Part shown: one piece after another, positions 57,179 to 64,000 of the stretch | Layout of the letters: each line of letters starts with the position of its first letter | Numbering within the stretch: position 1 is the stretch's first letter | IMG/VR virus record: IMGVR_UViG_3300034065_000151 | Span: 32,001-96,000 of that record | Strand: one strand, 5' to 3' | Length of the DNA: 64,000 bases | Source: a virus | Lineage: Duplodnaviria > Caudoviricetes | Program-made: the position numbers and the translations under genes | The notes under the pieces: generated by a model | Seen by the model: only the letters and a program-made list of their open reading frames with translations | Told to the model about the DNA's origin: nothing | The model's database searches: none

Positions 57179-58215
57179 AGTGTTTCATAGATTTCTACAA
57201 GAATATCAGGTTCGATAGTTACAGTACGAGTTACACCAGTTTTTAACATAGTAATGACTGCATCATTTAATAAACTTAAATCAAGATCATCAATGGTTTC
57301 ATCACCATTAATTGAGTTCTTTTTCTCTTCAGAATTTTCTTCCAGTGAGAACTCACGGAATGTACCAGCCTTCAGCATTTCATCCTTAAAGGACTGGGCA
57401 TCTGAATAGCTAATATCTGTGTCAATAATACATTGTACCCGACATTTAGGTGGGAATGTTAAGGTTGGATCATTCAACACATCTGAAAGTTTTACCTTAC
57501 GGAATGTTGGACAGCCTTCCCAATTAATAAAATCCACATCTTCTGTTCTGGTATCTAATATTGACATACCACGATTTTCATCCCAAGCATCACCGAAGTT
57601 AGTTGGAAAGGTATTACCAATATAGATTACATTATCATTAGCTTGACGTTTGTGATAGTGACCAGAGAAGATATAAGTTGGGCCTTTAAAGACTTTATGA
57701 TCTGGACCATGTTCCATCATTCTATCGGAACCGGTTACTACAAAGTTCTTGAATTCAAAGTGACCGAATACATATTTAGGCTTATGCTTTTTAATAATAG
57801 CTGCAGCATTACCATATTCTGCATCAAATAAGTATGGGAAGAATATACACTTTTCATTATCAATGTGGTCATTAAGTGGTTCGTCCACTAATCGAACATT
57901 TAAGAATTGAGTGTAATGATAAGTAGAGAATTGGTACCGGTCATTGCGATGATAAAGATCATGATTACCAACCAGAAAATAGATTGGTAAGCCGAGTTTA
58001 TTTAATTTATCTAAGGCATCATAGGAAGCATTTAATGTAGCTACATTAATTGCATTCCTATTTTCAAACCAGTCACCCATGAAAACAATAGTATCACATT
58101 TATTCTTCTTGACCTGAGACATAAACCAGTCTACATATTCCGTGCAGTCTTGGTTATGTTGATCACTATTATTACGACATCCCCAATGGATGTCGGTAAA
58201 CATTGCTATTTTCAT
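57175..58215 (-). CDS. gp47: Recombination nuclease gp47 (Mre11/SbcD-like)
   Basis: FTDIHWG, MGDWFENR, VGNHD, FGHFE, SGHYH. Confidence 0.95.
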   Translation of the reverse strand: MKIAMFTDIHWGCRNNSDQHNQDCTEYVDWFMSQVKKNKCDTIVFMGDWFENRNAINVATLNASYDALDKLNKLGLPIYFLVGNHDLYHRNDRYQFSTYHYTQFLNVRLVDEPLNDHIDNEKCIFFPYLFDAEYGNAAAIIKKHKPKYVFGHFEFKNFVVTGSDRMMEHGPDHKVFKGPTYIFSGHYHKRQANDNVIYIGNTFPTNFGDAWDENRGMSILDTRTEDVDFINWEGCPTFRKVKLSDVLNDPTLTFPPKCRVQCIIDTDISYSDAQSFKDEMLKAGTFREFSLEENSEEKKNSINGDETIDDLDLSLLNDAVITMLKTGVTRTVTIEPDILVEIYETL

Positions 58216-58217
58216 TA

Positions 58218-58439
58218 TTAACCTTGAACTTTATTCATTGTCCATTTACCATCACGGAAATCACCACGAGGATCATATTGACCTTCGGTACCAAATCCAT
58301 CATTATTACCATGGATATCATTAATCATGAATTCTAAATCCTGTGCAAATTCTTTTGCAAAGTTATTATCTTCATTGGATAATTTAATAAGACGAGTCAA
58401 TACTAATTCAATATTTTTTTGAATTTTTGTTTGCTTCAT
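58218..58439 (-). CDS. Hypothetical protein
   Basis: DGFGTEGQYDPRGD motif; coupled ORF. Confidence 0.6.
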   Translation of the reverse strand: MKQTKIQKNIELVLTRLIKLSNEDNNFAKEFAQDLEFMINDIHGNNDGFGTEGQYDPRGDFRDGKWTMNKVQG

Positions 58440-59380
58440 TACTTTTCCTTTTTGGCTTTTGGCATTTTCAAAATTTTAAGTTCTTTAACAACTTTAGGAG
58501 CTTTGACAGGTTTCTCTTTTTTAACTTTAGGAACCTTTAGCTTTACTACTTTTTCTTTCTTAACCTTAACAGGTTTCTCCACTGCAACTTCACCTTCGGG
58601 CTTTGGTTTACGCTGGAACATAATCCGTTTAGGAGGTGGAGCTTTAACTGGTAATGCGGCGACTTCATCAACCTTACCAACAGCACCTTCTCGGATTGAA
58701 ATAGCACCAGTTTCTGGGTCTATAATTATATCTTCTGCTTTGTATGTGGTAATAGAGCTTGGTGATTTCCCCCGATTCCGTACTCGATCTTCAAATGGAG
58801 TAACTGGACATTGTGTTGGTGCTTTAGGAACATCGACAAGAACACCATCAACTAAGACTTTCTGTTGAAGTAGTTCTTCATCTTCGGCTTCTAAAAGGAA
58901 CTGATTATATACTTCTACATGCTCATCTGATTCTTTAATTTCAAAATGAGATTCATCTTTTTCACCTTGTAAGAAATTGTATGATGGATTTGATCCAGCA
59001 TCAATTAATAACATATCTCTAATATTTCGGTGTTTTTTCTCATCAGCAATACATTGTAAGAACGTATTGTGAATAGCAGATGTGTAGTATGAGAAGGGAT
59101 TTGGTTTATCACTTCTATCAAGATCAAAGTTTAAAGCGTTTTTACATAGATTTTCAACTGCAGTCGAAACCATATCAGCTCTAAAGGTATAATTTACAAA
59201 GTTACCTTTACGTGAATAGCGCTCTGCAATCATCCATATCATGGCGATAAGTTCACTTGTCACTTCATTCAGTTCTTTGGCTTTGATAACTTCTGGTAAT
59301 AATACACCATTCGTTACGTAATGCCCAACTTCACTTGTGGATTTCTCTCTTTTTACTCGTTTTGCTTTAGTTTGAATCAA
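58439..59380 (-). CDS. gp55: Late-transcription sigma factor with Lys-rich C-terminal extension
   Basis: HYVTN, IAERYSRKGNFVNYTFRADM, NFD...NPFSYYT...FLQ.I..EKK; TTG start. Confidence 0.9.
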   Translation of the reverse strand: MIQTKAKRVKREKSTSEVGHYVTNGVLLPEVIKAKELNEVTSELIAMIWMIAERYSRKGNFVNYTFRADMVSTAVENLCKNALNFDLDRSDKPNPFSYYTSAIHNTFLQCIADEKKHRNIRDMLLIDAGSNPSYNFLQGEKDESHFEIKESDEHVEVYNQFLLEAEDEELLQQKVLVDGVLVDVPKAPTQCPVTPFEDRVRNRGKSPSSITTYKAEDIIIDPETGAISIREGAVGKVDEVAALPVKAPPPKRIMFQRKPKPEGEVAVEKPVKVKKEKVVKLKVPKVKKEKPVKAPKVVKELKILKMPKAKKEK

Positions 59381-59425
59381 AATCTGCTTCCCCTTTGTTT
59401 AATGCTACAATAAGGGATTAGTTGT

Positions 59426-59454
59426 ATTATAACACGATTTTCAAAAGAAGGGAA
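59426..59454 (-). promoter_or_regulatory. Extended -10 sigma70-like promoter for the gp55-gp47-gp46 operon
   Basis: GTGTTATAAT, weak -35. Confidence 0.55.
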
Positions 59455-59491
59455 ACTAATAAATAAAAGAACGATATATCCAGGATAAAAT

Positions 59492-60187
59492 ATGCAAGAA
59501 TTTACTACCCTTTTCGAAGCAGCTTTGAGCCCAGAAGCAACCAAAAAAGTTGCTGTCTTTGTGGGTAGATTTCAACCACCAACCCAAGGCCATTACACTG
59601 TCATCGACTTCATCAAGAAATTCATCCGTGATCATAAAAACCTTGGACTAGAAGCTAATCCTGTTATCGTCATTATTGATAATGATAAGTCAAACCAAGA
59701 CAAATCCCGTAACCCTTTATCTGTTGCCGATAGGGAAACATTTATGAAGGCATCTGGTAAAGCTAATGGTTGTGTATTCTTTGATGCACACAATGCATTT
59801 GCTGCTTTTGCTGACCTACGAGACAAAGGATATGAACCAATTGCGATCGCGGCCGGTTCAGATAATGTTGACAATTATATACATATTTTAGACCAGTACT
59901 TTAAGACTGATGATGATAAGGATATCAAGCATTATAAAATTCAGTTAGGTCGTACTGGCAATTCAATAGAATCCAATAAAGAAGAAAAAATCAAAGGATT
60001 GGATTATGCACTCACCCACCTGGAAGATACTGGCGATATTAAAGTTAGTAACATTTCGGCATCATTAGCACGCTTTGCTGTTAAGAAAGATAAACTTGAA
60101 CTATTTGCTAAGATCGTTGGGTTAGAAAATAAATTACCTTTAGCTAAGACTATGTTCAATAAAATAGCTAAAACTGTTAAGGAATAA
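59492..60187 (+). CDS. Cytidylyl/nucleotidyltransferase-like protein (HxGH class)
   Basis: VGRFQPPTQGH, RNPLS..DR, AAGSD, ISASLAR; MQEFTTLFE leader. Confidence 0.75.
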   Translation: MQEFTTLFEAALSPEATKKVAVFVGRFQPPTQGHYTVIDFIKKFIRDHKNLGLEANPVIVIIDNDKSNQDKSRNPLSVADRETFMKASGKANGCVFFDAHNAFAAFADLRDKGYEPIAIAAGSDNVDNYIHILDQYFKTDDDKDIKHYKIQLGRTGNSIESNKEEKIKGLDYALTHLEDTGDIKVSNISASLARFAVKKDKLELFAKIVGLENKLPLAKTMFNKIAKTVKE

Positions 60188-60189
60188 CT

Positions 60190-61578
60190 ATGGCTACACT
60201 TTCCCAATTACAAGATAATGTAAATGCATATACTGAAAATGTAACTCAAGCAACTAATACATTACAAGTAGCTCAAACTAATCTTAATACTATTGTTGCT
60301 GATCCTAATAGTACAATAGCACAGAAAAGTACTGCACAAATAGCTGTTGGTGATGCTCAAACTGAATTAAATGATAATCAACATAATTTGAATATTGCTC
60401 AAGGGGAATTAGATGCTGCACAAGCCTCTAGTAATCAACCATTACCTGTTCAAACAACTGCACCACAATCTATCATCTCAGATAACTCAATCCCTACCCC
60501 TGCCCTCAAAGCTGCTGAAGGTAGAGATAAACAAGCTGAAACTGGTAATGGTGCCATCTTTACTAATTCTGATGCTAACTCAACTAATATAGTTAATACA
60601 CAAACAGGTACAGTTTCTGTTGTTGATACGACAACTGGAGTAGTTGTTGGTTCTGCTGGTACAACTCCAACTGGTACTCAGCCTGCTAATACAGTTCCTG
60701 TTTCATCTGTTCCATTATCAACCAATGAACGTAAAGTTATCATTACTGGTAACCCAACTACTGGTGGTGGTGATGTTGTTATCTTTGATGCAATGCCTCA
60801 GATTCAAGAACAAGGATCAGCAAATTATGAAAGCTTTACACCTATACAACATCCAGGTGAAATCTTAAAATACAAAGGATCATCAGCGAGAAGTTGGAAT
60901 ATCACCGCACATTTTATTTCCAGAACATCAGCTGAAGCTACTCGTAATATCTATATGCTTAATTTAATCAGAAGTTGGCGTATGCCATACTATGGACAAG
61001 GTACAGCTACTAATCCAGCAACACAACAATTTTTGGGTGCCCCTCCTCCAATCCTTACCTTAAGTGCATACGGAGATTCAATGGTAGGACCTGTTAAGTG
61101 TGTTCTTGAAAACTATGGTACTGACTTTCCAAATGATGTTGATTATATACCAGCGATTGATGGTACACCATTTCCGGTTATTATGAATATAACAGTAACC
61201 CTAAAAGAATCATGGTCTCCTGCAGAATATAGTGGATTCGATTTACAATCATATCGCCTCGGAGATATGAAAGCGGCTTTTACAAAGAGAGCTCCATCAC
61301 CACAGTTATTATCTAATCAGACACCTGCTCAAACAGCAATGACTTTACCGACTTTTTCAGCTGCAGAACCTGTTAACTTAAATCAATTCCAGGTTAATGC
61401 AGCAGGACCTATTACTATGCCTACTAGTTTAGCTGCTAAACAATCATTTGGCCAGGGTGATACTCAGTTACTAAATTCCAAAGCAATACAAAATTCATTA
61501 GCTGATGTTAGTTCATATGGTTCTAGTGCTCCTGAACCATCATTAACTGATCAACTTGGACCGTTACAAGGACCTTAA
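60190..61578 (+). CDS. Baseplate/tail-tube-fold structural protein (gp48-like)
   Basis: PQIQEQGSANY..HPGEILKYKGSSARSWNITAHF, GAPPPILTLSAYG, ITVTLKE. Confidence 0.55.
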   Translation: MATLSQLQDNVNAYTENVTQATNTLQVAQTNLNTIVADPNSTIAQKSTAQIAVGDAQTELNDNQHNLNIAQGELDAAQASSNQPLPVQTTAPQSIISDNSIPTPALKAAEGRDKQAETGNGAIFTNSDANSTNIVNTQTGTVSVVDTTTGVVVGSAGTTPTGTQPANTVPVSSVPLSTNERKVIITGNPTTGGGDVVIFDAMPQIQEQGSANYESFTPIQHPGEILKYKGSSARSWNITAHFISRTSAEATRNIYMLNLIRSWRMPYYGQGTATNPATQQFLGAPPPILTLSAYGDSMVGPVKCVLENYGTDFPNDVDYIPAIDGTPFPVIMNITVTLKESWSPAEYSGFDLQSYRLGDMKAAFTKRAPSPQLLSNQTPAQTAMTLPTFSAAEPVNLNQFQVNAAGPITMPTSLAAKQSFGQGDTQLLNSKAIQNSLADVSSYGSSAPEPSLTDQLGPLQGP

Positions 61579-61580
61579 TT

Positions 61581-61991
61581 ATGACAACTACAACTCCAAT
61601 TGGAACAAACCTTTCCACTAATAATACCAATAGTCTATACAATAAATACTCTCGCTATGAACGTGGCGGTTTATCTGAACAAGCTAATGGATTTATTGAA
61701 TGGTGGGAACGTACTGTATTCCCTAAAGATGCTACTGATATCACTTATGCAGTAGAAAACTTCTATGCTCAACGCCTTGATCTTATTGCTAGTGTCTTTT
61801 ATGATGAACCAAGATGGTGGTGGATCATTGCTCAATACAATAATATTTTAGATCCATTTACAGAAATAACTGCCGGCCGTGTTTTATTAATACCAACCAA
61901 AGCCAGACTCAATTTAATGTTGCCTACTAATCAAGGCGGTACAGGTTCTACAAGAGAATCAGTTAATCTTATATCTCCTATTATATCATAA
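61581..61991 (+). CDS. gp53: Baseplate wedge gp53-like (LysM-type)
   Basis: YAQRLDLIASVFYDEPRWWWIIAQYNNILDP...GRVLLIP. Confidence 0.8.
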   Translation: MTTTTPIGTNLSTNNTNSLYNKYSRYERGGLSEQANGFIEWWERTVFPKDATDITYAVENFYAQRLDLIASVFYDEPRWWWIIAQYNNILDPFTEITAGRVLLIPTKARLNLMLPTNQGGTGSTRESVNLISPIIS

Positions 61992-64000
61992 TGACTCAAA
62001 CCAATACAAATTATCCTAATCCTTTAGATAACTTTAGATCATATTCCTATCAATTTGTTATGACAGTTGCTGGAACTACTGAAGCTTTCAGGAAAATGGT
62101 AGGCGGTGGTGGCGCAGCTGGTTCAACTCAACCTGCTCCATTACTCCAAGCAGTCAACACTTCTAAAATTGGTGATCAAATCAACATTGAAGGTGAACGT
62201 GCCTACCTTCTTGTAGATACTCGCCGATTTTCACAGTTCTCTATTACTAATATGTCTCTTGGACATATCTATGGTACTGGTAATCCCAACAACCCATCGA
62301 TGCCATCCACAACCCATACAATGACTCTGATTGATACAACTGGTCTCTCATTCATTAATATGCTTATGGATATCATGAGAAACAAATTGCAGTCATCCAA
62401 GTCTTCTATATTCTTTTTACTGGCAGTTCTTTTCATTGGTCATGATGATGATGGTAATACTGAAACTATCTCCACCACTTATATTCCATTCAGTATCATG
62501 AAACTCGGTATGAAATTTGATAGCTCTGGTGCTATCTTTGATATGGAATTTATTGAACTTCAAGGTGGTAACTTTAGTCAAGGATCAGGTACTCATAATA
62601 ACTACCTTGGTACTATTAACTCTGTGACAACACAAGGTCGTGCCAATACTCTTGGTGGACTTATTAGTTCCCTTGAACAACAATTAAATGTTAACTCATT
62701 TGATATGTTTCAAAAATATAATAATGCTGTTCAAGCAGCTGGTGCTACTAATACCAATCCTACTTCAAACAGATTTGGTAAACTTGTACAGTATATGATT
62801 ACTCTTCCGGATGGTTGGAGTGATTTTGAATTATCTGCTGCTGCTCAATCTGCTAATCTTGAGAAGACATTCCTTGCAAATGGAGCAACACAAAAAGTTG
62901 CTGATGATCAACTAGCTGCGGCTCAAGTAGCTTTATTTAATCTTACCCAAGGTCAAGGTTCTGCTAATGCAACTCCTGCTGATATTGCTGCAGCTAAAGC
63001 TGCTGTAACCTCTGCTTTGAATGCACAAAATAAAACTGCTGCTTCTAATACTGCTGCATATAAAGCCTCACAAGAAAACTTAAGACCATTACAACAACAG
63101 ACTAAGAATAATATTCCTTATAGCCAAATGTCATTCTCATCTAATACAGAAATCACCGATGCGATCCGTGATATCTTGGAATGCTGTGAAGCTGTATTAA
63201 ATTTAGCTAGTGAAGATAAACGCAAAGCTGGAACTGCTGTACTCTGGAAAGTGGTTCCTAATATTACTTGTGATGATATTTCATTCACTTTACACTTTGA
63301 TGTATTTGCTTATCCTATTGAAAAGCCGGTTTCTAATACAACCTCAACTCTTTCTGCTGGTTCAACTAATACCCAAATCATTGGTGGTCCTGCTGGAACT
63401 ATTAGAAATCTATTAACTTATGACTACTTATTCTCCGGATTCAATAGCCATATCAAAGATTTAAATATTAACTTCGATCCAACTGCTGGTGCCTTAATCA
63501 TTGATACTAATGTCAGCCTTGGTAAACCACGTATGGCTATCCTATCTGCTGCAGGTCAAACCACTCAAGCAGTTAATGGTGCATCTGATGGACAAAAGAG
63601 TACCACCAAGTCAGCACCTGATGTTAGAGCTTCTGATCCAATCTTTTTCCCTATCCGTACCACTGACCAACAAACAAATGGTTCTGGTATGAATCTTGAT
63701 GACTTACCAACAACTAATGCAGTTAAGGTTGCACAAGCCAAAGCAGAATATCAACAGACTCTTGCAACAGTTCACTTCATGAGTTCTATGGCTTTAGAAA
63801 TGACAGTTCGTGGTAATCCTAATATCATTAAAAAGTTTGCTGATGCTTCTCAAAAGGGTGGACTGGCACCACATACTGTATTTGTTACTGGTCAAGAACT
63901 AAGTGCCATTCCATTAAACATTACCGTTAGTAATGCACAACAAGATTACTTAAACCTAGAAGCTAAAGTACAAGGTGCTAAAGCAAAATATATCAAGGAT
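61991..64000 (+). CDS. Large baseplate hub-like structural protein (runs off window; not in ORF track)
   Basis: MTQTNTNYPNPLDNFRSYSYQFVM...YDYLFSG.N..I...MTVRGNP; appears open to window end; follows gp53. Confidence 0.65.
   Translation, partial: MTQTNTNYPNPLDNFRSYSYQFVMTVAGTTEAFRKMVGGGGAAGSTQPAPLLQAVNTSKIGDQINIEGERAYLLVDTRRFSQFSITNMSLGHIYGTGNPNNPSMPSTTHTMTLIDTTGLSFINMLMDIMRNKLQSSKSSIFFLLAVLFIGHDDDGNTETISTTYIPFSIMKLGMKFDSSGAIFDMEFIELQGGNFSQGSGTHNNYLGTINSVTTQGRANTLGGLISSLEQQLNVNSFDMFQKYNNAVQAAGATNTNPTSNRFGKLVQYMITLPDGWSDFELSAAAQSANLEKTFLANGATQKVADDQLAAAQVALFNLTQGQGSANATPADIAAAKAAVTSALNAQNKTAASNTAAYKASQENLRPLQQQTKNNIPYSQMSFSSNTEITDAIRDILECCEAVLNLASEDKRKAGTAVLWKVVPNITCDDISFTLHFDVFAYPIEKPVSNTTSTLSAGSTNTQIIGGPAGTIRNLLTYDYLFSGFNSHIKDLNINFDPTAGALIIDTNVSLGKPRMAILSAAGQTTQAVNGASDGQKSTTKSAPDVRASDPIFFPIRTTDQQTNGSGMNLDDLPTTNAVKVAQAKAEYQQTLATVHFMSSMALEMTVRGNPNIIKKFADASQKGGLAPHTVFVTGQELSAIPLNITVSNAQQDYLNLEAKVQGAKAKYIKD

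Noticed and set aside
1-64000. tRNA, rRNA, CRISPR array, integrase or transposase
   Set aside because: None recognised; intergenic gaps are short and explained by promoters and terminators

Overview
AT-rich segment of a large T4-like (jumbo-type) myovirus genome, coded mostly on the minus strand. It carries uvsX and gp32, an early accessory region, and a terminase large subunit split into two genes by an atypically split intein with an out-of-frame endonuclease between the halves. It also holds head, neck and tail genes (gp4 x2, gp13-15, gp18, gp19, gp20-23), a gp55-gp47-gp46 operon and baseplate genes. Two things stand out. (1) The gp55/47/46 operon and a neighbouring operon with sigma70-type promoters contain five small degenerate copies of the phage's own packaging machinery: a 58-aa portal-clip fragment missed by the ORF track, a catalytically dead prohead protease, two Walker-A-less terminase ATPase domains and a terminase N-terminal fragment. 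These may be decoys against host sensors of portal, terminase or protease. (2) About 15 genes share a T4 internal-protein-like N-terminal capsid-targeting peptide (MITFKQFLNE). Eleven of them look like ADP-ribosyltransferase folds, suggesting a virion-injected enzyme arsenal. All calls come from motif recognition and by-eye alignment; no database searches were run. No tRNA, rRNA or CRISPR array was seen.
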